Assembly: GCA_937868205.1 (NCBI GenBank) | Contig: CALMMC010000049.1 | Location: 423-64,422 of the forward strand | DNA from: an uncultured bacterium | GTDB taxonomy: Bacteria; Acidobacteriota; Aminicenantia; Aminicenantales; UBA4085 | DNA: 64,000 nt | Direction of reading: 5' to 3' | In this document: piece by piece, positions 1 through 9,136 of the stretch | Numbering within the stretch: the stretch's first letter is position 1 | Layout of the letters: each line of letters starts with the position of its first letter | The notes under the pieces: model-generated | What the model was told of the DNA's origin: nothing | Database searches by the model: none | What the model saw: the letters and a program-made list of their open reading frames with translations, nothing else | Made by a program: the position numbers and the translations under genes

Positions 1-263
1 AGGAGGGTGATGATCTCCTCGATTTTCTTCTCTTGGTCGGTCCGCCCCCTCCGCGTCAGGGAGTCGCGGACGCAAGATCGGAGATGTCGTTCAAGGATAC
101 GCTCCTCGACCCGGGCAAGGGCCGCCGAGACGGAGGCAAGCTGGGTCAGGATATCGACGCAGTAGCGGCGTTCCTCGATCATCTTCTGGACGCCCCGGAC
201 CTGGCCTTCGATGCGGCGCAGCCGGACCAGTTCGTCGGTATGGAACGGGTGAGCGTGGGTCAT
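1..263 (-). CDS. CsoR/RcnR/FrmR-family metal-sensing transcriptional repressor (C-terminus runs off the window edge)
   Basis: Reverse-strand translation from the ATG (rc of cat 261-263) reads MTHAHPFHTDELVRLRRIEGQVRGVQKMIEERRYCVDILTQLASVSAALARVEERILEHLRSCVRD... with no stop before position 1. The length and the C...H...C spacing are typical of DUF156 CsoR-like repressors. It is absent from the ORF track because it has no in-window stop. Confidence 0.65.
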   Translation of the reverse strand, partial: MTHAHPFHTDELVRLRRIEGQVRGVQKMIEERRYCVDILTQLASVSAALARVEERILERHLRSCVRDSLTRRGRTDQEKKIEEIITL

Positions 264-327
264 GTCTCCAAGCCTCCACTTCATAATATATATACCCCCA
301 GGGGGTATGTCAAGCTGATCCCCTCTG

Positions 328-587
328 AAATCAGAACCTGTTTATCCATTTCCCCAATTAAATCGGTACCTGTTAATTAAATCGGTACCTGTTTAACCAT
401 TTCCTTATTTTCCCCGGCTTATTGAATCGGTCAATCGGTACCTGTTTATCCATTTCCCCTTTCCACCGGATCAGGCGGAAAACACGGAAATGGTTGACCA
501 GGTGCAAATTTCAGGTGCAATTTTCGGCCTCGCTATTCTCGTCTTTCCCCGGCTTATTAAATCAGTACCTGTTTAACCATTTCCTCA
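328..587. repeat. REP cluster upstream of the RAYT: at least six copies/variants of the core AATCGGTACCTGTTTAWCCATTTCC (forward) and its reverse complement
   Basis: Copies sit at about 328-355, 361-375 (partial), 379-404, 433-457, 486-510 (inverted) and 559-584. The higher-order unit ccccggcttattaaatcRgtacctgtttaaccatttcc occurs twice. Confidence 0.85.
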
Positions 588-674
588 TTGCCGGCCGGAT
601 TTCCCCCGAAATGAGAATATTTCAAATCGCGGGACGTCTTTTTCATTGAATCCCGCGATTCCCGGAGACCAAAG

Positions 675-1349
675 ATGCCTCCCTTTAAGCGCATTGTCGC
701 CGTCAACCGCCCGCACCATATCACCAACCGGGGAAACCGCCGGCAAACCATTTTTTTCAGCGATGAGGACAGGAAGGTCTACCTCGGCCTTCTTGGCTGG
801 CATGCGGACAAGTACGGACTCAAATTTTGGGCCTATTGCCTGATGCACAACCATATTCATCTTATCGCGGTGCCGGAAAATCCCGAGAGCATGTCTCTGA
901 CCATTCGGGAGACCCATCGGAAATATTCCTCCTACATCAATATTCTCATGAATTGGAAAGGCACGCTTTGGCAGAGGCGTTTTTATTCGTTTCCTCTAGA
1001 AGACGCCCATTTGTACCGGGCGCTTCGTTATGTCGAGAATAATCCGGTTCGGGCCGGGATCGTTAAAAAAGCGGAGGAATACCGCTGGTCAAGCGCGCCG
1101 GCCCATGTGTTCGGCCGTCGAGACGGCTTGCTCTCCCCCAACGGGCTCGGCATCAAAAGGAATAACTGGAGGGCTTACCTCAGAGAACAGGAGGAAGAAG
1201 CCGAAATCAAGGATATCCGCGCCCGGTCGTTAACCGGCCGGCCCCTGGGCGGAGATGAATTCATCGCCGAGCTCGAGCAATCCCTGGATCTTGAGCTCCG
1301 GCATAAAAAGCCGGGCCGGAAAAAATCTGACGCGAACGGAAAGCCTTAA
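675..1349 (+). mobile_element. REP-associated tyrosine transposase (RAYT, IS200/Y1-HUH-like TnpA_REP)
   Basis: The 224-aa ORF carries the HUH motif (YCLMHNHIHLIAVPE) and a downstream catalytic-Tyr region (RYVENNPVRAG). It resembles the Y1 transposase/RAYT family and is flanked on both sides by inverted REP repeats. Confidence 0.85.
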
Positions 1350-1366
1350 AGGAAATCATCCCTTAT

Positions 1367-1514
1367 CCATTCGGCACCTGTCATTCGGTACCTGTTTATC
1401 CATTTCCCCTTTCCACCGAATCAGACGGGAAAACACGGAAATGGTTGACCAGGTACGGATTTGGTTAGAATTTATGTCCAGGAAACAGGGAAATGGTTAA
1501 ACAGGTTCCGAATT
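1367..1514. repeat. REP cluster downstream of the RAYT (forward copy 1383-1407; inverted copies 1437-1461 and 1488-1514)
   Basis: Same core as the upstream cluster. The segment ttccaccgRatcagRcgggaaaacacggaaatggttgaccaggt is near-identical to 458-503. The last copy overlaps the mnmA stop codon. Confidence 0.85.
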
Positions 1515-2645
1515 ATTGAGGACCCGGGAAATGGTCCCGCCGCCCAAAACGGCGTCCCCCTCATAGAAAACGGCCGCCTGCCCGGGAGTGATCGCCCTCT
1601 GCGGTCGGGCGAACTCGACGATCACGCTTTTCCTCGGTCCGGGGAAAAGCGTCGCCGGCTCTCCCTCGTGCCGCGAACGGATTTTGACATCCGCCGCCCG
1701 CGGTCCGTCGATCCCCGCGATCGCAACCCAGTTGACGCCGGCGACGGCGAAACGCGATTTGAGAAGAGCCTCGTCCGGCCCGGCGACGATTGTGTTGGCC
1801 GCTGCGTCCAGCGCAAGGACATAAAGCGGGCGCGGAGCGGCGATGCCCATCCCCTTCCGCTGGCCGATCGTGTAATTCAGGAATCCCTGGTGGCATCCGA
1901 TGATCTTGCCCTTTCCGTCGACGATATGTCCCGGCCGGAATGCACCGGGAATCCGTCCGCGCAGAAACGCGGCATAGTCGTCGCCTGGAATGAAACAGAT
2001 TTCCTGGCTTTCGGATTTCCGGGCGACGTGCAGTCTGAAACGCGCGGCCAAATCCCGGACTTCGGTTTTTTTCATCCCGCCCAGCGGGAAAATCGTCCGG
2101 GCCAGCGCCTCCTGGGGCAGGGCATAAAGGAAATACGACTGGTCCTTGCCGGTATCGACTCCCTTAAGAAGGCGCCAACGGCCGCTTTTCCCGTCGAAGT
2201 CGACACGAGCGTAATGGCCGGTCGCGATCTTCGCCGCTCCGAGCCGTTTCGCCCGGCCGAGCAATGGGCCGAACTTGACGAACCGGTTGCACCTCACACA
2301 GGGATTGGGCGTCCGTCCCCGGACATACTCGGCGACGAAATCCGCGACCACTGTCCGGTCGAACCGCCGCCGGAGATTCACGACGGCGTGGGGAATGCCC
2401 AAGTCGGCCGCTACCCGGGCGGCTTCCCGGGCGGCCGCGCCGCCGCCGCAGCTCCGGCCGTCGGCTTTCCCGCCGCATCCCTCCTCCTCTTTCCCCTCCC
2501 CTTCCCGTCCGGAGAAAAGATCCAGCGTGACGCCGGAAACCTTCCAGCCCTGCTCCCTCAAGACGGCCGCGGCCACGGAGGAATCGACCCCGCCTGACAT
2601 GGCGACGACGACGGCTTCAGGGCGGCTTGCGGCTTTTTCGGTCAT
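1497..2645 (-). CDS. mnmA: tRNA-specific 2-thiouridylase MnmA
   Basis: N-terminal PP-loop SGGVDSS, the conserved RTPNPCVRCN motif, and a C-terminus aligning end-to-end with E. coli MnmA (…TPGQAAVFYEGDAVLGGGTI). Confidence 0.9.
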   Translation of the reverse strand: MTEKAASRPEAVVVAMSGGVDSSVAAAVLREQGWKVSGVTLDLFSGREGEGKEEEGCGGKADGRSCGGGAAAREAARVAADLGIPHAVVNLRRRFDRTVVADFVAEYVRGRTPNPCVRCNRFVKFGPLLGRAKRLGAAKIATGHYARVDFDGKSGRWRLLKGVDTGKDQSYFLYALPQEALARTIFPLGGMKKTEVRDLAARFRLHVARKSESQEICFIPGDDYAAFLRGRIPGAFRPGHIVDGKGKIIGCHQGFLNYTIGQRKGMGIAAPRPLYVLALDAAANTIVAGPDEALLKSRFAVAGVNWVAIAGIDGPRAADVKIRSRHEGEPATLFPGPRKSVIVEFARPQRAITPGQAAVFYEGDAVLGGGTISRVLNNSEPV

Positions 2646-2739
2646 CGGTGGTTATGTTATATTATGTTATATTAGAAGGCGGCGGTCATTTTAACACTCT
2701 TTCCGACCGGGCTCCAGGCCGCTCGACTCGACGGAAATA

Positions 2740-3999
2740 ATGCGAAATACGACGCTGCGGACGACGGCGGCCCTCGTAAGATACCATGCCCAGGTCGGCT
2801 CCCGCGTCGCCATCCGGGCTCTCGCCCCCGTTCTCGCCTCAGCCTTCGGCCTCTTTTATCTCCTCCGCCCCGAGCTCTACATCATGCTTGCCCGCCGTCT
2901 TTTCGCCGAGGCCGAGCCGATCGCCCGCGGTCTTCTCATAACCGCCGCGCTTTTGGCCGCGGCCGCCGCAGCCCGAAAATCCGTTTGTTTCGGGCTGGGC
3001 GGATGGCTCCGCAGCCTCCCCGTCGGCGGGAGGGCTCATCGGCGGGCGGCCGTCTTCGCCATCACCCTGGCCGAAACGCCGATCACCTTTTTACTGTTCG
3101 CCTCCTTCTTTGTCGGGACGCGGGATCTTCGCCCTCCTTATCTCCTCGAGGCGGCCGGGCTCTTGCTGGCTTCCGCGGCCGCGGCGGCCGCGGTCGTCCC
3201 GGCGAAAAACAAGTTTTGGCGGGTCGTCATCGGGGCGGCAGCCGCCGTCTTGGCGGGTTCAGGAAATCCGGCCTATTTTGGGATCTCGATCCCCGTTTTT
3301 CTGGCTGTCGATTATCTCGGCGGTCCGTTCGAAAAAATCCGAGCCGGGACGGGCCGGCGGAAATGGATGTTCCCGATTCGTTTCCCGGCGTTGATCGGCG
3401 TGCGGGCGCTCGGACTCTCCGGCTGGTCGGGATATTTTCCGGCCGGGGCGGTCATCGGAATGACCGCTCTCTTCCTTAATAACAACGTTCTGTCCGATCA
3501 TCTCCGGGAAGCGGCCATGCGGACGGGAGGGGCGCTGAGCGCGGCGGTTTTCCTGGCGTTTACAGCCGGATTTCTCGTCGCCGTCCGCGCGCCCTGGCCA
3601 TGGAGCCGGTCTTGGCCGCGCTCGGCCCGACACCGGATTCTATCCGACGCTCTCTTTCTCGGGCTCCCGGCGTTACTTCTGGCTGTCCCCCTGCAGTGGA
3701 TCGGCTGGGCGGCCGTCTGGGGAGCCGCATCGTTTCTGCCGGCGGGAGCGACAAGAGCGGCCGGGGCGGTCAACGCGCCCCGGGAAAGCCGGTCGAAAAT
3801 ATTGGGGACGCTCTTGCTGGAAGGCGGGTTGGCCGCGGTCGTTTATGGACTGTGGACCGAAGCCGGCATTGCTTTCCTTTTTCTTACGCCGCTCCTCGTC
3901 GAGACCGCCGCCCGGCGGGAGCAGACGCTGAAAGTCACAGCCTGGGATGAGATGCATCACGACGCCGTCGGCGATCCCGGCTCTTGGAGCTCGATATGA
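2740..3999 (+). CDS. Polytopic Ala-rich integral membrane protein, probable permease partner of the downstream ABC ATPase
   Basis: Multiple hydrophobic segments; 16-nt overlap with the following ABC ATPase gene. No recognisable family, and the start codon is uncertain. Confidence 0.4.
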   Translation: MRNTTLRTTAALVRYHAQVGSRVAIRALAPVLASAFGLFYLLRPELYIMLARRLFAEAEPIARGLLITAALLAAAAAARKSVCFGLGGWLRSLPVGGRAHRRAAVFAITLAETPITFLLFASFFVGTRDLRPPYLLEAAGLLLASAAAAAAVVPAKNKFWRVVIGAAAAVLAGSGNPAYFGISIPVFLAVDYLGGPFEKIRAGTGRRKWMFPIRFPALIGVRALGLSGWSGYFPAGAVIGMTALFLNNNVLSDHLREAAMRTGGALSAAVFLAFTAGFLVAVRAPWPWSRSWPRSARHRILSDALFLGLPALLLAVPLQWIGWAAVWGAASFLPAGATRAAGAVNAPRESRSKILGTLLLEGGLAAVVYGLWTEAGIAFLFLTPLLVETAARREQTLKVTAWDEMHHDAVGDPGSWSSI

Positions 4000-4688
4000 T
4001 TCGATTCGAAAACATCTTCTTCGGCTACGAGAAAAACGTTCCGGTTTTTCAGGAGTTGAATCTCGACCTGGACGCGGGGCTGACGCTGCTTTTGGGACCG
4101 AACGGGTCGGGCAAGACGACCCTTCTAAAGATGGCCGCGGGCGTGGAAAAGCCCGATCGGGGCACGGTCCGGGTCGACGGAAAAGATCTTTGGAAAAACG
4201 AAGTCGCAGCCCGAAGGGAAATCGCCTACCTGCCCGAGCATCCCGATCTAACGCCCTATGCCTCCATCCGGGAGATCGTCCGGTTCGTCTGCCGGCTGCG
4301 CGGCGAACCGGTCCCCCGCGGAGAAGAAGCCCTGGCGACGCTGGACATGGACCGCGTGGCCGGCCGCTCAGTCCGGGAGCTTTCGCAGGGACAGCGGCGC
4401 CGGGCCGTGCTGGCCGCGGCGATGATCGGCCGGCCGAAGCACCTCCTGTTGGACGAGCCGCTGGAAGCGATGGACCGGCGGATGCGGGACGACATCATGA
4501 TTTGGATCGAAAGCCGGATCAAGGACGGGGCGGCGGCCGTCATCGTTTCCCACGACCTTGATCCGTTTTCCGTTCTGGCGACCTCGGCGGTTGGGTTGAA
4601 GGAAGGCCGGCCCGAACCACATCCCGAGCTTCCGGCTGAAGCGGCGGAACGGCACAAAATCCTCGAGCGGCTTGCCCGCGGTCTTTGA
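3984..4688 (+). CDS. ABC transporter ATP-binding protein
   Basis: Walker A GPNGSGKTT, ABC signature LSQGQRRR, Walker B LLLDEP. Confidence 0.85.
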   Translation: MELDMIRFENIFFGYEKNVPVFQELNLDLDAGLTLLLGPNGSGKTTLLKMAAGVEKPDRGTVRVDGKDLWKNEVAARREIAYLPEHPDLTPYASIREIVRFVCRLRGEPVPRGEEALATLDMDRVAGRSVRELSQGQRRRAVLAAAMIGRPKHLLLDEPLEAMDRRMRDDIMIWIESRIKDGAAAVIVSHDLDPFSVLATSAVGLKEGRPEPHPELPAEAAERHKILERLARGL

Positions 4689-4728
4689 TATTGAATTTAG
4701 GGACGCCCTCTCCGTCATCATTAATTAT

Positions 4729-4924
4729 TAATCGGTACCTGGTTAACTATTTCCGTATTTCTTCTCCCCCGAACTCATGAGACGGGAAAAAGCAATCTTG
4801 ATAAGGAATTATCATGAGTTGTTTCCAGATGGAATCGAGAAAATGGTTAACCAGGCTGGAATTTGGAATTTGCCCACGGAGGAAGCCGGTGGAAACAGGG
4901 AAATGGTTAAACAGGTTCCGATTT
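4729..4924. repeat. REP doublet/triplet (forward 4729-4754; inverted 4837-4864 and 4898-4924)
   Basis: Same REP core. The segment ggaaacagggaaatggttaaacaggttccga is identical to 1481-1511. Confidence 0.8.
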
Positions 4925-5033
4925 GCCGGCTCCAGGTTGATTTACTTGATGAAAAAGGGAAGATGGGTCTTGTGTCACGAAAAAGCATTTGCTAAAATGA
5001 TCTGCGTATTCTTATCCTTCAAGGAGCTCCACA

Positions 5034-5786
5034 ATGTCCGGTCATTCTAAATGGGCGTCCATCAAGCATAAAAAAGGCGCCGCCGACGCCAAGCGCGGCA
5101 AAGTCTTCACGAAAATCATCCGGGAAATCGCCGTTGCCGCCAGGGCCGGCGGGGGCGAACCGGACAAAAATCCGCGTCTGCGAAAGGCGATCCAGGACGC
5201 CAAGAACGCCAACATGCCCGCCGACAACATCAAGCGGGCCATCCAGAAGGGAACCGGACAATTGGAAGGCGTGTCCTACGAGGAAGCCATATTCGAAGGG
5301 TACGGACCGGGCGGCGTGGCTATTTATCTCACTGTGCTGACCGACAACCGCAACCGAACCGTTTCCGAAATCCGCCACATCTTCACAAAAAACGGCGGCC
5401 AGATCGGAACCCAAGGCTGCGTCGCCTTCCGTTTCAAACGGGGCGGCACGATCGACATCGAAAAAGCCGCGGTCGCCGAAGAGAAGCTCATGGAAATCGC
5501 CTTGAACGCCGGAGCGGAAGACATCACCGACGAAGGCGACATGTGGGAAGTCATCACTTCCCCCGACAAGTTCGACGCGGTATTGGAGGCGATCAAGAAA
5601 GAAGGAGTCGAGATCGTCGAGGCGACCAACGGCTACATCCCCGAGGACTACACCAAGGTCGAGGGCAAGCAGGCCCACCAAACCCTCAAGCTCGTCGAGG
5701 AGCTCGAGGACCACGATGATGTCCAGACCGTCGCGTCCAACTTCGACATCTCGCCGGAGGATCTCGCCTCGTACGAAAGCTCCTGA
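5034..5786 (+). CDS. yebC: YebC/PmpR-family transcriptional regulator
   Basis: MSGHSKWASIKHKKG…NMPADNIKRAI is the canonical YebC N-terminus. It sits in conserved synteny immediately upstream of ruvC. Confidence 0.9.
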   Translation: MSGHSKWASIKHKKGAADAKRGKVFTKIIREIAVAARAGGGEPDKNPRLRKAIQDAKNANMPADNIKRAIQKGTGQLEGVSYEEAIFEGYGPGGVAIYLTVLTDNRNRTVSEIRHIFTKNGGQIGTQGCVAFRFKRGGTIDIEKAAVAEEKLMEIALNAGAEDITDEGDMWEVITSPDKFDAVLEAIKKEGVEIVEATNGYIPEDYTKVEGKQAHQTLKLVEELEDHDDVQTVASNFDISPEDLASYESS

Positions 5787-5791
5787 TTTTC

Positions 5792-6310
5792 GTGCCGGGC
5801 CACAAGCCCATGCGGATACTCGGGATCGATCCCAGCAGCGTCGCGACCGGATACGGGATCGTTCAATCCGACGGAAACGATTCCCAGGTTCTCGCTTACG
5901 GCGCGATCAAGCCGTCCCGCAAAGCCGCCCTTCCCATCCGGCTCCTCGAAATTAAAACCGGGCTTGAACGCCTGATCTCAGCCTACAATCCAGAAGAAAT
6001 CGCGATCGAAAATCCTTTTTTCGGCCTCAATATCAAGACAGCGATCACTTTGGGCCAAGTCCGCGGGGCGGTTTTGGTCGCCGTCGCCTCGGCTTCCCTC
6101 CCCCTCTTCGAATATTCCCCTCGCGAGATCAAGAAGGCCGTGACCGGATACGGTCAGGCGGAAAAAACCCAAGTCGGGATCATGATTCGGGCCCTTCTCC
6201 GGATCGACGATGACGCCATGGAGGAGGATGCCTCCGACGCCCTCGCCTGCGCCTTCTGCCACCTCAATACGCGGCTGGCGAAAAAGAACCTGGAGGAGAT
6301 GAAAATCTGA
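5792..6310 (+). CDS. ruvC: Crossover junction endodeoxyribonuclease RuvC
   Basis: The MRILGIDPSSVATGYGIV N-terminal catalytic Asp region and overall length match RuvC. The true start may be the internal Met at 5810. Confidence 0.9.
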   Translation: MPGHKPMRILGIDPSSVATGYGIVQSDGNDSQVLAYGAIKPSRKAALPIRLLEIKTGLERLISAYNPEEIAIENPFFGLNIKTAITLGQVRGAVLVAVASASLPLFEYSPREIKKAVTGYGQAEKTQVGIMIRALLRIDDDAMEEDASDALACAFCHLNTRLAKKNLEEMKI

Positions 6311-6374
6311 CGGCCGCGGCCGCGGCCGGCCTCATTTCGGCGCCTGGTCCGCCTTTTCCCTTTTTCCGGAGGAG

Positions 6375-6510
6375 ATATTCAGTACCTGGTTATCCATTTC
6401 CTTATTATCAGCTTTCATCCGCCTGGAAAAAATCCTTGATAGGATTACATATTTATCGTCAGATGCACCGGACGGAAAGAAATGCGGAAATGGTTGAACA
6501 GGTACCGATT
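6375..6510. repeat. REP inverted doublet (forward 6375-6401, inverted 6486-6510)
   Basis: atattcagtacctggttatccatttcc … ggaaatggttgaacaggtaccgatt. Confidence 0.8.
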
Positions 6511-6524
6511 GATCAACACTCCGG

Positions 6525-7607
6525 TTAGACCGCGAACCGGAAATTGATGATATCCCCGTCCTGGACCTGATACTCCTTGCCCTCCAGCCGGAGCGTCCCC
6601 CGCGTCCGGCATTCGGCCATCGATCCGGCCGCGATGAATTCGCTGAAAGGCACGACCTCCGCACGGATGAAGCCGCGCTCGATGTCGGAATGGATCTCCC
6701 CCGCCGCGGCCAGGGCCTTCGTCCCGTCCCGGATCGTCCAAGCCTTGACTTCGTCCTGTCCAACCGTGAAAAACGACAACAGCCCCATCAGCCGGTAAGT
6801 GGCGGCGATGAGTTTCTCCCGGGCCGGCCGCGTGATCCCGTAATCCGCCAAAAAGGCTTTGAGCTCCGCGTTCGGCAACTCGCGCAATTCCATCTCGATC
6901 CGGGCCGAAAGCCCGATGACGGCTGTATTCGCCTGCTCCGCCCAGCCGGCAAACGGGGCGAGAACCTCGCCTTCACGGCGGATGTCTTCTTCGTCCAGAT
7001 TGACGGCCACGATCAGCGGCTTCTGCGTCAAGAATCGGTACCCGCGGATCAGGAGCTCCTCGTCCGGCTTGAACTCGAGGAGCCGGAGCGGACGCTCCGC
7101 CTCCAGGTGGGCCCGGCAGGTTTTCAGCACGGCCAGCTCGCGGACATCCCGATCGCTTTTTTTGGCCGCAATCTCCTTTTCCAGACGATCGAAGCGTTTC
7201 TCGATGACGGCCAAATCGCTCAGGAGAAACTCCGTTTCCGCGTCCCGAAGATCGCGGACCGGATCGACGGATTCCCTCGGATGCGGAACCGCCGGGTCTC
7301 CAAAGGCTCGGACAACCAGAAGCAGCGCGTCGACGGTCCGGAGTTTCCCCAAGAACTGCTCGCTGAAGCCGGTTTTACGGCCGTCCCCCGCCGCCACTCC
7401 GGCCAACTCGGAGAATTCGATCGTCGCCTGAATTTTTTTCTTCGGCTTGTAGATCTCGGCCAAGCGGTCGACCCGGTCGTCCGGAACCTTGACTACGGCC
7501 ACGGGCTCGGCCCCGTGAGCCGCGGCCTCCGCCGGCGCCATCCCGGTCAAGGCGGCGAAAAGAACGGTCTTGCCGGAAAGAGGCGGACCAACAAGGCAGA
7601 TTTTCAC
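6525..7607 (-). CDS. ychF: Ribosome-binding ATPase YchF/Ola1
   Basis: P-loop GPPLSGKT. The C-terminal TGS domain aligns with E. coli YchF (…AWTIRDGTKA…GFIRAEV…QVQDGDIINFRF). Confidence 0.9.
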   Translation of the reverse strand: MKICLVGPPLSGKTVLFAALTGMAPAEAAAHGAEPVAVVKVPDDRVDRLAEIYKPKKKIQATIEFSELAGVAAGDGRKTGFSEQFLGKLRTVDALLLVVRAFGDPAVPHPRESVDPVRDLRDAETEFLLSDLAVIEKRFDRLEKEIAAKKSDRDVRELAVLKTCRAHLEAERPLRLLEFKPDEELLIRGYRFLTQKPLIVAVNLDEEDIRREGEVLAPFAGWAEQANTAVIGLSARIEMELRELPNAELKAFLADYGITRPAREKLIAATYRLMGLLSFFTVGQDEVKAWTIRDGTKALAAAGEIHSDIERGFIRAEVVPFSEFIAAGSMAECRTRGTLRLEGKEYQVQDGDIINFRFAV

Positions 7608-7682
7608 AATGATCTCTCTTTAAAATGAATCCGTTCGACTAATGTTCAGAATACGTTTTTCCCCGGTTTTTTTCAAGAAATG

Positions 7683-7873
7683 AATCGGCACCTGTTCAAC
7701 CATTTTCCTATTCCCATTCATCTTCGAATGAGAGTATTTCGGGAAAAGGGCCAATATGGCCGCCGGCGCCGCAGGCAAAAGCAAATCCGGAAATGGATAA
7801 CCAGGTACCGATTTCGAGATTTCGAAATGAGGAAATGGATAAACAGGTACCGATTTAACGGGGACCGATTTCG
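7683..7873. repeat. REP cluster (forward 7683-7708; inverted 7787-7811 and 7829-7853; partial 7861-7873)
   Basis: Same core, with GGTACC retained in the two inverted copies. Confidence 0.8.
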
Positions 7874-7918
7874 CCGGAAATATCGCGGGAAAAACGATTT
7901 CGGGGGGAAAGGCCTCCG

Positions 7919-8524
7919 CTAGCGCCCGGCGCAGCCCTGATCGGTCCTCACCAGCCGGGTCGCGTCGAATCCCATCTCCTCGCAGCGGCCGATGATCTGC
8001 TGGTACAAGCTCTCGTCGATCGACGGCGTGCGGGCCAGGATCCACAGGTAATCGCGGTTGGGGGCCCCGACGACGACATGGCTGTAGTCCTCGGGCAATT
8101 CCAGAATCCAGTAATCCCCGCGGAAAGGCCAGAAAAATTGAACGCGGAGCTTGGCATTGCCCGTTCCCTCCACGACAAAGGCTTTCCCCCTGGCGACTTT
8201 GATCTCGCCCTCGGCCGAATCCTTCCGGCAGGAATTGACGACCCGGACATACCCCTTGTCCGTCATCTCATATTCGGCCTTGGAACAATGGCACCCCTTC
8301 TGAAACTTTTGGGGAAAGGCGGCGATCTCGTACCATGTCCCCATATACCTTTGCAGGTCGACATAGGCGACCGTTTCCAGGGCGGGAACACCGGCCGTTC
8401 CCGCCGTTTTCGCTTCACTCCCTCTCGCCGTCCCGGGCCCGTCTTCCGAAGCCGCGGCCTCCGCCGCGCCCACGGTAACGGCGAAAAACCCCAAAGCAGC
8501 TAGAATAATGATGATATCCTTCAT
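7919..8524 (-). CDS. blc: Bacterial lipocalin (Blc-like) with signal peptide
   Basis: Lipocalin SCR1 motif YMGTWYEIA. The start is chosen at MKDIIIIL (GGGAGG RBS upstream); the ORF track gives a longer alternative from 8560. Confidence 0.8.
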   Translation of the reverse strand: MKDIIIILAALGFFAVTVGAAEAAASEDGPGTARGSEAKTAGTAGVPALETVAYVDLQRYMGTWYEIAAFPQKFQKGCHCSKAEYEMTDKGYVRVVNSCRKDSAEGEIKVARGKAFVVEGTGNAKLRVQFFWPFRGDYWILELPEDYSHVVVGAPNRDYLWILARTPSIDESLYQQIIGRCEEMGFDATRLVRTDQGCAGR

Positions 8525-8606
8525 GTTGTTATTATCCTCCCGATTCCGCCCGCGTTTCAAGCGTTATTGACAGGCCCGGCCGCTCCGGCTATAACTCGGA
8601 AGGATA

Positions 8607-9041
8607 ATGAAAATCCTCTTCGTCTGTTACGCAAACCTGTGCCGGAGCCCCCTGGCCGAGGCGATCTCCGAGTCCGAGTTCTCCGGCCGGATCGAAGCCC
8701 GGAGCGCCGGCGTCGCCCCCGCCCCCGGCCGTCCTTTCGAGGAGGCAGTCGATGTCGCCCGAAGGTTCTACAAGCGGAACATCTCCCGCCACCGGACGCG
8801 CCATGTCCTCGACTTTTCGCTCCAGGACTTCGACTACATTATCGGCATGGATTCGAACGTCTTCATGCAATTGACGGCGATGTCCGAAATTCCGAAGGAG
8901 AAACTCTACGGTTGGGAAATCCCCGACCCGGCCGGCCTAGGCGTGGAAACCTACGAGAAAGCCGCCCGCTTGATCGAACGGGAGATCGAACATTTTCTCG
9001 AGTTCCGGGAGCGGGAAGCCTACGAAGCCGGCTCTTCCTGA
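8607..9041 (+). CDS. Low-molecular-weight phosphotyrosine phosphatase / ArsC-like (LMWPc family)
   Basis: P-loop ILFVCYANLCRSPLAEAI (CX5R); 144 aa. Confidence 0.75.
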   Translation: MKILFVCYANLCRSPLAEAISESEFSGRIEARSAGVAPAPGRPFEEAVDVARRFYKRNISRHRTRHVLDFSLQDFDYIIGMDSNVFMQLTAMSEIPKEKLYGWEIPDPAGLGVETYEKAARLIEREIEHFLEFREREAYEAGSS

Positions 9042-9136
9042 GCCCCCCGACGGCCTGATGGCAGAAGATCAAGCCGCCGGCGGCCAAAGAGAACAGAGAA
9101 CGACGAACAAAACGCGGTGATCATAACAAGAGAAAA

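Noticed and set aside
422-649. Small ORFs sharing an NRYLFNHF/NQYLFNHF peptide motif (422-649 +, 6445-6741 -, 7680-7922 +)
   Set aside because: The shared motif is simply the translation of the REP repeat (CCTGTTTAWCCATTTCC); these ORFs are artefacts of REP clusters, not a gene family.
675-1349. Alternative call of the HUH transposase as an autonomous IS200/IS605 insertion sequence
   Set aside because: There are no IS200-type subterminal hairpin ends or accessory tnpB. Instead the gene is embedded in dispersed REP repeats, which fits a RAYT/REPtron better. The distinction needs profile searches to settle, as noted in the finding.
1461-2597. 378-aa plus-strand ORF antisense to mnmA
   Set aside because: Low-complexity R/P/G-rich translation that is completely covered by the well-supported mnmA gene on the opposite strand.
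6311-6345. GC palindrome (ggccgcggccgcggccggcc) after ruvC as a possible intrinsic terminator
   Set aside because: It is not a clean stem-loop, meaning the halves are not exactly complementary, and there is no downstream T-tract. It is likely just GC-rich spacer before the REP doublet.
8078-8503. 141-aa ORF antisense to the lipocalin gene
   Set aside because: It is fully contained within the lipocalin CDS on the other strand, and it has no motif support.
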